From: a virus
Virus record (IMG/VR): IMGVR_UViG_3300036939_000082
Span: 124,943 to 188,942 of that record
DNA length: 64,000 bases
Reading direction: 5' to 3' (one strand)
The position numbers and the translations under genes are program-made. Shown here one piece after another: positions 1 through 9,117 of this stretch. A model generated the notes under the pieces. The model was not told where the DNA came from and ran no database searches. It worked only from the letters and a program-made list of their open reading frames with translations. Positions within the stretch are counted from its first letter, which is position 1. Every line of letters starts with the position of its first letter.

Positions 1-940
1 TATTGGCAAGTTTGCTTCTTTCTTGCCACTCTGCCATAATTGCGTCGTAAGCCGATTTCTCTTCATCCGAAACGTCTGGTAGTAAAGGTGGTGGCATAGG
101 AGTGCGGTAAGAATCGCGCATATCCCAGCGGTAATCTACAGGTCTTAAAGCTTTTATAAACTCAAGACCTAAAACTGTCGGTCTAATATCTGCTTTGTCT
201 CTTGCATCCGATCGGTTTTGAACTGTTCCGAAGACAAATGTAGTTGTTGCGCTGTCGCCCAACTGCACTTGATTTGATGCGCTCACGCTAGCGCCAGCTC
301 CTATACCCGTACAATTAACCAACCCGGCTTGATTTAAAGCAGCAAATCCAACTGCTGTATTGTTGTTGCCTGCTGTATTTGGGTTGAGAGCTAAAGTCCC
401 TACTGCTACGTTGCTAGAACCAGAAGTATTTTCGTTTAGCGCATACATCCCCACACCTACATTGTTCCCCCCAGTTGTGTTTTTGTTAAGACACAAAACA
501 CCTACTGCTGCGTTTTGAGAACCTGTAGTGTTGCGGGTCAACGCAAGACCAGCTCCAATATTGTATCCGCCCGTCGTGTTAAAAGAGAAATCTCCGCCAC
601 TTCCTATTATGGTATTGTGAACGCCTGTTGTGCTTCCACCAACAGCTCCGCCACCACTCAATAACATAAAGCAGTTGCTATTATTTTTGTTAGCAATTGC
701 TACTCCGTTAAAAAAAGCGTTTCCATTATTATCTATAGAAGCATTTACAGATTTTATTTTTTTACCTGTTATGCCGTCAAAGGCTACAATCTTAGAGTCT
801 ACGCTTGACTCTACACCTTCAACAACGGTCGCCTTAAACGCTGTGTTTTCAGCTCGAACTTTTGTTAGTTCCGCTGCTACCGTGTTTTGCAGCGAAGTGG
901 TGCTAGATACCAGCAACCCAACTTGATGTTCTAAACTCAT
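1..940 (-). CDS. tail fibre/spike protein with C-terminal peptidase S74-like intramolecular chaperone domain (runs off window start)
   Basis: Not in the ORF track. Manual translation from ATG at 940 (GGAGAG RBS upstream): MSLEHQVGLLV..., with Gly/Asn-rich repeats (NTTGGNNVGVGMYALNENTSGSSNVAVG), then SDARDKADIRPTVLGLEFIKALRPVDYRW, typical of S74 chaperones. Open to position 2. Confidence 0.85.
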   Translation of the reverse strand, partial: MSLEHQVGLLVSSTTSLQNTVAAELTKVRAENTAFKATVVEGVESSVDSKIVAFDGITGKKIKSVNASIDNNGNAFFNGVAIANKNNSNCFMLLSGGGAVGGSTTGVHNTIIGSGGDFSFNTTGGYNIGAGLALTRNTTGSQNAAVGVLCLNKNTTGGNNVGVGMYALNENTSGSSNVAVGTLALNPNTAGNNNTAVGFAALNQAGLVNCTGIGAGASVSASNQVQLGDSATTTFVFGTVQNRSDARDKADIRPTVLGLEFIKALRPVDYRWDMRDSYRTPMPPPLLPDVSDEEKSAYDAIMAEWQERSKLAN

Positions 941-951
941 ATATCTCTCCA

Positions 952-994
952 AAACAACAGAGGCCGCCCAAATAGCTTGGACGGCCGACGTAGC
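952..994 (-). promoter_or_regulatory. hairpin leader motif, copy 1 (upstream of tail fibre)
   Basis: Minus strand GCTACGTC-GGCCGTCCAA-gctat-TTGGGCGGCC-TCTGTTGTTT. Aligns without gaps to 28394..28436. Confidence 0.75.
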
Positions 995-1112
995 AAATTA
1001 TTTATTTTTTATAGAGTGCTGCAAAAGCAGCACTTTCAACCCGATCGCCCGCGCAATCTCAGGATTTCTGTACCAAGCATATCGCGAAGGACGAAAACTT
1101 GCAAATTTTTAG

Positions 1113-1532
1113 CTAACCTTCGTCTTGAGGCTCCCAACTTTTGAATCCCGCCTGCTCGGGTCGGATAATGCAGGTTTGATTGATCGGGTCGCGCAAGGCG
1201 CTGGCAATTGCCGAAGGAACTCCGTGCATCCCCACTCGCCAATCTACTTTGTTAATTGACTGGGTATTTCCCGCATTCACAGCACCCTGCGGCGCGTCAG
1301 AATTGCTGTTGCGGGTATAAATTGCCAAGTTTCCGTCAGAGATGGCGACCGGTTCCCTGCCGCGATACAAGTATTCGCCAGTTAACATACCTTCTTGGAA
1401 AAATACTATGCGATATTCGGCGACCGCACTCCACCCGATAACCCTAAATTCGGTTGGCGGGCGAAGTTTGTGAGGATTGGGGATGATTTTGCCGTCTTCT
1501 TTTATCAGTCTTTGGTAAAAATAAGGCTCCAT
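1113..1532 (-). CDS. hypothetical protein, probably tail-associated (139 aa)
   Basis: ATG at 1532 lies 2 nt after the lysin stop (MEPYFYQRL...). The track's longer start overlaps the lysin gene. Confidence 0.6.
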   Translation of the reverse strand: MEPYFYQRLIKEDGKIIPNPHKLRPPTEFRVIGWSAVAEYRIVFFQEGMLTGEYLYRGREPVAISDGNLAIYTRNSNSDAPQGAVNAGNTQSINKVDWRVGMHGVPSAIASALRDPINQTCIIRPEQAGFKSWEPQDEG

Positions 1533-1533
1533 A

Positions 1534-3060
1534 TCACACCATTTTAATTTGTGGGTGCGGCAAAACATCGCGGGGATTGACATCCTGGCCGTTAATGTAA
1601 ACACCGAAATGTAGGTGAATGTTTTGCTGTCCGTACCCACAATCGGCACCAAAACCAGAACAACCACGCATTGCAATTTTCTGACCCGCTTGTACGGACT
1701 GACCTTCGGTGACGAGAAGAGGTGCTTGAAGGTGCATATACACGCTCTCCGTGTTGTCCCCGTGGTCGATGCGGATCATCCTGCCTTCTCCACCGCTAGG
1801 ATCGCTTTTAGCTATTTTTACTTTGCCTGATTTGGCTGCAAATATTGCATCCGGATCTGGTCCAGAACCGAAACCGCCGTAATCGATTCCAGCGTGATGT
1901 CGCCCTCTAGCGCTTCCCCATTCGCACCTAGGTCCTGCAACTGTGTTTCCTTCAATAGGCATCGGCGATCGCCACCCTTGCTTTGAAACCGGCATTCCGC
2001 TTACCGTAACAGTCTGGGCAACGGCGCTTTCTGGAGCGGCTTGGTGTTTTTGCGGGGCGTCCGGTTTGGAAGCGTCGCCCCGAAACAGTTGAATTTTGGC
2101 GTTGGGGTCGGGTTTAAATGCCGTCACTTCCGCTTCGAGGCGATCGCCAAACAAGAAGAGAACTTCTTCCACAGTATAGGTATCGTCCAGTCCTTCTCCC
2201 AATCCCCGCGCTTCAAATGTCAGACCGGCGTCTAATTTTAAAATATCCGGCTGACCGTGAACGTCGAGGCAGAATTGAGCTATGTGAGTTTTGTGGGAGT
2301 CAAGGGCCATCAACCCCAGCGCTGCTTCCATCGCCCCCAACTGAGAAGTTGGGTTGTGCTGACCGACCATCGCGACCGCAGGCGCTCCCCCGGTATCAAA
2401 ATCGGTTGCACCGGTGTTGCCGGGAAGGGCTGGCATCCCATCAATCCCCGACTTAAAAATTTCCATTCCGCGATCGATCGCGGGCTTGAAGGTTCTGCCG
2501 AAATCGTTGTCGTGACCGTTGGGATTGCCCTGTATTTTGCGCCTTACCTCGTGCCAGTCTTGAGCCTCGGCAGAAATTTGACAGTTTTGGTTTGCATTGT
2601 GCTTTCCCTGCCAGTACATTACTGTTATTTTTGCTGCAATTTCTGGCTGTCCGGCTAGTTCTGGATTTTGCAGCAAAGGCAAATTCAACAGCTTCCCAAA
2701 CATTTCGTAGTTGTAAGTATGCGTTAGTTGAATATACCCCCGTCCGCGAAAATTACTACCTCCTTCGACTGATGAGCTTCCTGGTCCTATTTCTGATGCC
2801 GGTGTAAAATTCAGGGTTTCCGTTCCCATTGTGGCAATAATGCCAACAAGTTGATTCTTTGATTTCAACCCAGCTTCATTCATCGCTCTTAGAATGTAAG
2901 GCAAGTTTTTCCGGATCGAGTCAAGATCGAACTGAGGTAAAACTTTTTTTACGTCCTCCGGCGTCGGATAGGATTGCTGCGTCGGTTGCTGCGTGGCGGG
3001 GGCGATCGGTTTGGTTGCAGGAGTTGCAGGGGCGATCGGCTTAGTTTTTGTGTCTTCCAT
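1534..3060 (-). CDS. tail-associated lysin: GH19 glycoside hydrolase + hub-like linker + M23 peptidase
   Basis: GH19 motifs ETLNF...E and FRGRGYIQLTHTYNY. M23 motifs HAGID, YMHL and HLHF. Confidence 0.85.
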   Translation of the reverse strand: MEDTKTKPIAPATPATKPIAPATQQPTQQSYPTPEDVKKVLPQFDLDSIRKNLPYILRAMNEAGLKSKNQLVGIIATMGTETLNFTPASEIGPGSSSVEGGSNFRGRGYIQLTHTYNYEMFGKLLNLPLLQNPELAGQPEIAAKITVMYWQGKHNANQNCQISAEAQDWHEVRRKIQGNPNGHDNDFGRTFKPAIDRGMEIFKSGIDGMPALPGNTGATDFDTGGAPAVAMVGQHNPTSQLGAMEAALGLMALDSHKTHIAQFCLDVHGQPDILKLDAGLTFEARGLGEGLDDTYTVEEVLFLFGDRLEAEVTAFKPDPNAKIQLFRGDASKPDAPQKHQAAPESAVAQTVTVSGMPVSKQGWRSPMPIEGNTVAGPRCEWGSARGRHHAGIDYGGFGSGPDPDAIFAAKSGKVKIAKSDPSGGEGRMIRIDHGDNTESVYMHLQAPLLVTEGQSVQAGQKIAMRGCSGFGADCGYGQQNIHLHFGVYINGQDVNPRDVLPHPQIKMV

Positions 3061-3196
3061 AAATAAAAAAAACTACCTAGGGAATCCCAGGCAGGGCGCG
3101 TGTTTTGCTTTGGTAACAGGCGGGTGGGCGATCGGGTTAGATGTTCAGTTTCTCAATATCGTCGCGATTAAATTGCAGCCCGCGTCGAAATTGCTC

Positions 3197-3487
3197 TTAA
3201 GTCCAATCTCGAACGTGGGATTTACACATCGGATTTAACGCATTTAAAAATCGAAACAACTTTTCTGTTGAAAAACCTGTCAGTTTTCCTTTGATCAACG
3301 CTGACATTTCTTGTTGGTCAATTCCTAATACTTCTGCTGCTTGAACTTGATTCAGTTTCCTTTGACGGAGGATCTTATTTATCTGTCTTACCAATTCAGC
3401 CTTTGCCAGCATTTCACCAGAATTAAGTAAACCCAAATCACTAAATATATTGCCACTACTGACTTGAATGTTCATTTCTTTCCTCAT
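3197..3487 (-). CDS. XRE-family HTH protein (antitoxin-like)
   Basis: SSGNIFSDLG...LNQVQAAEVLGIDQ..MSALIKGKLTGFSTEKLFRFLNAL is the characteristic pattern of this family. Confidence 0.8.
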   Translation of the reverse strand: MRKEMNIQVSSGNIFSDLGLLNSGEMLAKAELVRQINKILRQRKLNQVQAAEVLGIDQQEMSALIKGKLTGFSTEKLFRFLNALNPMCKSHVRDWT

Positions 3488-3671
3488 TATTTACTTTTCA
3501 TTTTATTCTATCTTAGTTGTTCTATGGGTCTATTGATAAAAAAAAGCAATCAAGGGGACTCTTCTTTGCGAGTCGATCGCCCTTAAGAGCCAGTCATTTG
3601 TCGAACAGCCCGATCGCCCACCATTGCCGTTAAGCCCAAAAACAAGTATAATGACCTAAAACCTTTACAGC

Positions 3672-3702
3672 AAGCCCTTTCTGGGTATCCCAGAAAGGGC
3701 TT
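3672..3702. terminator. stem-loop upstream of histidine kinase gene
   Basis: AAGCCCTTTCTGGG-tat-CCCAGAAAGGGCTT perfect inverted repeat. Confidence 0.55.
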
Positions 3703-3721
3703 TATATTTTAAAAGCACACT

Positions 3722-5647
3722 ATGCTCACAAGTAAAAATTTTTTAGGGCTTCCGGCACTTCCCCAGGGACGTACTTTGTCAAGTGAAGAGATATCCAGTG
3801 CAGCGATCGCCCTTGCAGCCAAAGTGAAGGAGATTGTTGGGTGCGACGGCGTGTTGGTATGCGAGTTTAACTTAATACTGCCAAATCAAGGGCCGAGGAT
3901 TATTGCAGACGCTTCTAAAGACAGGTGGAATGAAATAATAAACAAGGAATTTGTTGGCAGGCATTTAAGAAGTTTGTCGCAGCAAATTTACGCAAGTGTT
4001 GATATGAGCAAAGACAATTCTCCATACCACGAAGAGCTTTCTAGCCTTGGCATTGGCTCTGTTCTCAGCGGTTGCATAGAGGTTAACAATCTAGAATGGG
4101 GTGCGCTGATCTGCTGGAATAAAAATAGCTGCGAATGGGAAGAAAGCAATTTATTGTTGATTTTACAGACCTGTCAGTATTTAGAATACGCGATCGCCAG
4201 ATCGATGTTGAAATCCGTATTTGTAGATCGGGGTCATACAAAAACAATCAGTAAAATTAAGTCATTGCTCAATACTCCAAGCGATTGGAAAACATTCCAA
4301 GTGTTGGTCAAAGCCTCTCTTCAGTCTTTAAGACAGTTGTTTCAAGCCAGCAATTGCTCTATATTGGTAGGCAACGAATGTTTGTTTACGCTAACAGAAG
4401 ATCGCTTGTCAGTAACGAGAACCCCTTACTATCAGGACATAGTAACTAAAGACTTGGTTGTAGTTCCAATCTTTATCAACAGCATTCATTGGGGTTTTAT
4501 AGAGATAGAATCGCCTTATCTTCCGTGGGATGAAGTAGAAAGTACGTTTTTGAGGAAAGCCGGGTTTATAATTTGTAGCGCGATCGCCAACAAAGAGTCT
4601 GATTACCTTCAAGCTTATTATTTAGATAGGATCATAGAAACAGCACCTATCGTTCTTTACAAGCTTGACAAGTTAGGGATTTGCACTTTTTGCTTAGGCA
4701 ACAATCTAGTTGATTACCAAATTTTTCATAAAGAACTGCTAGGAAAGAATATTTTTGAAGAGAATGCAGGATATCCAAAAAACCAACAATTTTTCAAGGA
4801 AGCTTTTGAACTTAGCACGCATTCGGGATTTGTAAGTGCTAACGGAACAATTTTTCACAACCATACCGTACTGCTAGAAAACGGAGAAATTATAGGTGTC
4901 GCGATCGATTACACAGAACAGTTTACATTTCAAAAAGATTTGGAAACTGTTGTATACTCATTGTCTCACGACTTACAGGAACCGTTGAGGGCAATTTCCA
5001 ACAACCACAAGCTACTAGAAAATAGATTGACAGCAATTGGAGTTCAGGATGATGAAATCAGCAACCGCTTAAAAAAAGGATCGTCAAGCGTCAAAAAGTT
5101 ATCTGAATTGATTGAAGAACAGTTGCAGTTGAGCCGAATAAACTCGACCAAAAAACCATTTGAACAAAATGACAGTAAATCTATTATTCAAGAAGCGATA
5201 GATAATTTATCGGATTTAATAACTAGGAAAAACGCGCAAATTGAATTTGTGACACCTTTTTTTCCGACTATTAGCTGCGATCGCTCTCAAATGGTTTCGC
5301 TGTTTCAAAATTTAATTGGCAATGCTATCAAATTCAACAATCTTACCGAGCCTCCCTCAGTATGGATTAGCTGCAATTTAGAAGGAACTAGATTTTGGAA
5401 ATACGGAATTGCCGATAACGGTATCGGTATAGATCCGCAGTATCAAAAACAAATTTTTGAAATTTGGAAAAGACTCCACAGTGAATCTGATTTCCCCGGC
5501 ACAGGAATGGGGTTAGCTATTTGTCGCAAAATAATTAATCGACACAAGGGTAATATTTGGGTCGAATCAGAAGGCGACGGTACTGGAAGTATATTTTACT
5601 TTACAATTCCAGCGTCAACAGAAGGATTGTTGTTTAGTGCAATTTAA
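3722..5647 (+). CDS. GAF(-GAF)-PAS sensor histidine kinase, Cph1-like transmitter
   Basis: H-box SHDLQEPLRAI, N-box FQNLIGNAIKF, G1 DNGIGI, G2 GTGMGLAIC. GAF-type WGALICW...W and VVPI..WG segments. Confidence 0.9.
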   Translation: MLTSKNFLGLPALPQGRTLSSEEISSAAIALAAKVKEIVGCDGVLVCEFNLILPNQGPRIIADASKDRWNEIINKEFVGRHLRSLSQQIYASVDMSKDNSPYHEELSSLGIGSVLSGCIEVNNLEWGALICWNKNSCEWEESNLLLILQTCQYLEYAIARSMLKSVFVDRGHTKTISKIKSLLNTPSDWKTFQVLVKASLQSLRQLFQASNCSILVGNECLFTLTEDRLSVTRTPYYQDIVTKDLVVVPIFINSIHWGFIEIESPYLPWDEVESTFLRKAGFIICSAIANKESDYLQAYYLDRIIETAPIVLYKLDKLGICTFCLGNNLVDYQIFHKELLGKNIFEENAGYPKNQQFFKEAFELSTHSGFVSANGTIFHNHTVLLENGEIIGVAIDYTEQFTFQKDLETVVYSLSHDLQEPLRAISNNHKLLENRLTAIGVQDDEISNRLKKGSSSVKKLSELIEEQLQLSRINSTKKPFEQNDSKSIIQEAIDNLSDLITRKNAQIEFVTPFFPTISCDRSQMVSLFQNLIGNAIKFNNLTEPPSVWISCNLEGTRFWKYGIADNGIGIDPQYQKQIFEIWKRLHSESDFPGTGMGLAICRKIINRHKGNIWVESEGDGTGSIFYFTIPASTEGLLFSAI

Positions 5648-5649
5648 AA

Positions 5650-6066
5650 ATGATGGCTAAGCATAGTGTTTTACTGGTTGAAGATTCGCCTGATGACGCT
5701 GAAATAGCAAAGATTGCTTTTGAAAAGACACAGCTCGACATCAATTTAGAAGTAGTTAAAACCGGGAGATCTGCTATTCTGAGATTGCAAGAAGTAAATC
5801 AACCGGATTTGGTTATTCTCGACTGGAATTTACCGCTCGTGTCGGGAAAAGAAGTTTTGTTTTTTATCAAAAGAACAGCAAGAATTAAGAGAATTCCTGT
5901 AGTTGTTCTGACTACATCAAAGAACACCCAAGATATAACTGATGCTTACGACGGTCACTGCAATGCCTACACAGTAAAGCCATTAGAGTTTGATGACACG
6001 ATAGAGCTGTTAAGCTCGATTGCGAATTTTTATTGCAGGTACACATTATCACCCAAAGAGCTATGA
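5650..6066 (+). CDS. single-domain response regulator, Rcp1-like
   Basis: LLVEDSPDD, DLVILDWNLP, RIPVVVLTTS, YTVKP. Starts 2 nt after the kinase stop. Confidence 0.9.
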   Translation: MMAKHSVLLVEDSPDDAEIAKIAFEKTQLDINLEVVKTGRSAILRLQEVNQPDLVILDWNLPLVSGKEVLFFIKRTARIKRIPVVVLTTSKNTQDITDAYDGHCNAYTVKPLEFDDTIELLSSIANFYCRYTLSPKEL

Positions 6067-6974
6067 CAAGCGAGCGCGAGCCAATACTAATAATAGATGA
6101 TTCCCCGAACGACGGAGAATTTGCGGAAATAATACTCCGAGAATCAGGTTTTGACGGAGTTACTTCTACTACAAGACTGTCTGATGCGATAGAAATCTTA
6201 AAAGCTGACAATACAATCAAGCGAGTTGTATTGGACTTGGGGGGGTTGGTAAGAAAATCAGACAACCCTCTTGCTGCGTTAAACGCACTGGAAGCAGAAG
6301 GTTTTCCCGATCTTCAAATAGTCGTACTAACAGGAAACAAAAACCCCGCTCTTGTTCGAGAAATAGAAAAAAGAGGGTATCAGTGTTTGACAAAAGAAAA
6401 TGCACTAGATTTAGTCGAAAAATCTAGTGCTCTGCCAGATGCCATCGCCAAGCTTGAATCAAGCAACCTTAATCTGCGACAAAATATTCACGTAAACGAG
6501 CTGTTTGCAAGAGTTAAGAGGCTAGAAACTCAGATTGATGGAATACTTTTGCTTTCGGGAACAAGTAACTTGCAATCGCTAGCCATCGATGTTAAAGCCA
6601 TAGAGTCTCAACTCAATTTGTTGTACGAACTAAAAGACCGCATCGCAGAGTTTGAACGTAGCGATCAAATTCTGCGCGAAACTATTGGCGAATTTCGACT
6701 AGAAATAAAAGTTATAAATACCGAGAAAAATATTGAGCTTTTGAAGTTGCTGAGCAAAGCTATTTGGCTGTTAAAACTCAATCAAAAATTTTGCAATTTG
6801 TGCGTTTTTGTGTTTACGGAAATGTATAAGATGGTATTTGAAAATATAAAAATAATCTTGCTTGGATGTGCCACCACAATAGTTGTCACTTCTTCTTTTT
6901 GGCACAAGTTAACAGATAATTTACCTGAAATACAAGAAAAAATCAAAACTACAATAGAAAATCTTTTGCGTTAA
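6063..6974 (+). CDS. response regulator receiver + coiled coil + C-terminal hydrophobic segment
   Basis: IIDDSP, VVLDL, VVLTG and LTK receiver motifs. ATG at 6063 overlaps the upstream TGA (ATGA). Confidence 0.8.
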   Translation: MTSEREPILIIDDSPNDGEFAEIILRESGFDGVTSTTRLSDAIEILKADNTIKRVVLDLGGLVRKSDNPLAALNALEAEGFPDLQIVVLTGNKNPALVREIEKRGYQCLTKENALDLVEKSSALPDAIAKLESSNLNLRQNIHVNELFARVKRLETQIDGILLLSGTSNLQSLAIDVKAIESQLNLLYELKDRIAEFERSDQILRETIGEFRLEIKVINTEKNIELLKLLSKAIWLLKLNQKFCNLCVFVFTEMYKMVFENIKIILLGCATTIVVTSSFWHKLTDNLPEIQEKIKTTIENLLR

Positions 6975-7396
6975 TTTAAAGATCTAAAAGTTAATGACAG
7001 GCGATCGCCCTCAATGTTCCAACCAATCAGCTCAACCAGATCGCCGTTCAAGTGGTGGCGCGATCGGATCAGCAGCGGCGGAACCTCAAATATTTTAGTC
7101 TCCAAAATCACCAACCGCCCCGAAACCGTTCTATCGTTAAATTTTTGCAGTCCCCAGTCAGATCGCATTTTTTCGGCAACCGCAAGGGCTGTTTTTAGAT
7201 CGGCGATCGCGCTGTCTAGTTTTTCCGGTGGGGCGATCGTTACCGCTTCCGCAGCTTTGGTTGCATCCAGTCTGACGACCCAAGCTTTGAACTCATTGAT
7301 TTTAACGATAAACTGTTCCAATGCAAAAATTAATTCTGATTCTGTGTTATACATGACTTGCGCTCGATCGCTTTTCCCTCTACAATACATTGGCAA
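6971..7396 (-). CDS. hypothetical protein
   Basis: 141-aa ORF with protein-like composition; likely start is ATG 7354. Confidence 0.5.
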   Translation of the reverse strand: MPMYCRGKSDRAQVMYNTESELIFALEQFIVKINEFKAWVVRLDATKAAEAVTIAPPEKLDSAIADLKTALAVAEKMRSDWGLQKFNDRTVSGRLVILETKIFEVPPLLIRSRHHLNGDLVELIGWNIEGDRLSLTFRSLN

Positions 7397-7416
7397 CCAG
7401 TATTAAGGCAAATCAG

Positions 7417-7773
7417 ATGCAAGCAGTTTTCCAAGAGCTACAGGAATTAATTACCGTTTTAAACGGTTTCGCTCCGGCTCTCGAACAGGCGATTGGTAGA
7501 ATTAAATCACTGCGGGCCGAACTCAATTCACTGAAAGGCGAAGAACTAGCAGAAGACGAAAAACAAGCTAAGGATGAAGAAGCTCTGCTCGGAACCTTGA
7601 GAGCATTTACCTCTACTATTAGTACGATGTCACAAAAAGTTACAGAGGTAGTTGCCGAGGAGCCAGCACCAGTCGAGCTTGAAGTCGGACAGCCTCCCGT
7701 CCAGCCAGATACTGCTGTTCAATCAGTCACGACAATTCCACCAGTTCCTCCAGTTCAAATTCCTACTGCTTAA
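7417..7773 (+). CDS. hypothetical coiled-coil protein with Pro-rich tail
   Basis: Heptad-rich acidic N-terminus and PPVPPVQIP C-terminus. Confidence 0.6.
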   Translation: MQAVFQELQELITVLNGFAPALEQAIGRIKSLRAELNSLKGEELAEDEKQAKDEEALLGTLRAFTSTISTMSQKVTEVVAEEPAPVELEVGQPPVQPDTAVQSVTTIPPVPPVQIPTA

Positions 7774-7864
7774 CATTTTTGACGCATTTTTGACACAAGA
7801 AAGCCTCGCAGAAACTCAGAGTTTCTGCGAGGCTTTCTATTTGATAGAGGGACTCAAAGATTTA

Positions 7865-8377
7865 CTAAGAGATTTTTTGTCCTATTTTGTTGCACGACGG
7901 ACATTCCGGTCGTGTGAGTTCAACAAAACTATCTGGTAGCGAGTACCAAGTATCTTGGTTTTTGCATTTTGGGTCGCTACATTTATATTCCTCTGTTTGG
8001 GGATATGATTTTCGAGCAGGGTAGATGTGTTGGTACTCCTCAACGGGAACACCAAGCCATTCAACGTGTTGTTCGACGCTTTTTGGTAATATCGAATGTA
8101 GTACCAGGGTATTTTCCCTCCAAACTAAAACGTTTTCACCATTGATAGCATTTGCGATCTCAGTGGGAATCCCGTCGTCGTTTATTTCGCATTCTTCTTC
8201 CATGTCGAAAAAAATGTACACTTCTGGACATGGTGGAAAATCTTGATCGATTCCCGTCCAGTCTTCTACACTGACATCAGAATTGGCGATCATTTTGCGA
8301 ATGCGTTCTGCAATTTGTTCCGCTATTTTTTCAGAGTAAGCGTGAATTTGATACTTAACTAATGTCTGTGTTTTCAT
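7865..8377 (-). CDS. hypothetical protein with C-terminal Zn-ribbon-like cysteines
   Basis: CSDPKC...CPSC, AC-rich leader and an upstream extended -10 element. Confidence 0.65.
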   Translation of the reverse strand: MKTQTLVKYQIHAYSEKIAEQIAERIRKMIANSDVSVEDWTGIDQDFPPCPEVYIFFDMEEECEINDDGIPTEIANAINGENVLVWRENTLVLHSILPKSVEQHVEWLGVPVEEYQHIYPARKSYPQTEEYKCSDPKCKNQDTWYSLPDSFVELTRPECPSCNKIGQKIS

Positions 8378-8439
8378 TGTCGTTCGTGTTTAAAACTATA
8401 TTTAGTATAACATATTTAGCATATTAATTTTCACAAAAT

Positions 8440-8475
8440 AAACGCACCGCGTAAATTAATTTACGCGGTGCGTTT
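8440..8475. repeat. perfect 36-bp palindrome
   Basis: AAACGCACCGCGTAAATT|AATTTACGCGGTGCGTTT. Confidence 0.9.
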
Positions 8476-8490
8476 TAACGAAGTAATAAA

Positions 8491-8928
8491 CTACATAGCT
8501 AATAAGAGTTTGTTTTTCGCACTCTCTTCCTCGGACAAGGGATTAACTTGATCTGTTTTTACGATTTCCCAGAACATCCTTTGGAGAAGTTCGGAATTTT
8601 CTTTGCAAGCCACAATTGCTTGCCCGTCTATTCTTGAAGGAATATACGACTCTACATCGATATTCACGCGCAAAAAAGGTTCACATTCTACCCATTCTCC
8701 GATTTTTCGATTGAAACGCTTGGAATGCTTTTCTACTTTGATCCTGCATTTCTTGTATTTCAATGTGACGGTTTCAAGTTCACTAGGAGTGACATCGATC
8801 ACTTTTTGGAAAATCAGAAACCAGTGAGAGTGCCTGGGGTTGAAAAATCCACCAAACATTTCTCCTGGCTCAAGTTGCCAAACGAGTGTGTTTTCGGAGT
8901 TATCGGTAAGAGGATGTTTGTAAGGCAT
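8491..8928 (-). CDS. hypothetical protein
   Basis: Likely start is ATG 8928 (MPYKHPL), downstream of a TGTTACAAT promoter element at 8963-8971. Confidence 0.6.
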   Translation of the reverse strand: MPYKHPLTDNSENTLVWQLEPGEMFGGFFNPRHSHWFLIFQKVIDVTPSELETVTLKYKKCRIKVEKHSKRFNRKIGEWVECEPFLRVNIDVESYIPSRIDGQAIVACKENSELLQRMFWEIVKTDQVNPLSEEESAKNKLLLAM

Positions 8929-9117
8929 GATTTTCACGCTTTTGCGTTTGTGTTTATACTTTATTGTAACACGGTTAACATATTTTTGTAAAATAAAAAA
9001 CATCGCAAAATTTTTAATTACGCGATGTGTTTTTAACTGTTTATTTTTGAGCGCGCTTTTTTCTAAGTTCGCTCTTGCGTGTATTTATTGTAACATATTT
9101 AACGAGTCAATTGACAT

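Noticed and set aside
630-926. 98-aa plus-strand ORF in the track
   Set aside because: It is the antisense shadow of the tail-fibre gene on the minus strand.
3722-4600. Phytochrome/cyanobacteriochrome photoreceptor call
   Set aside because: No DIP or CH chromophore motif in the GAF (PYH instead), so only the transmitter is Cph1-like.
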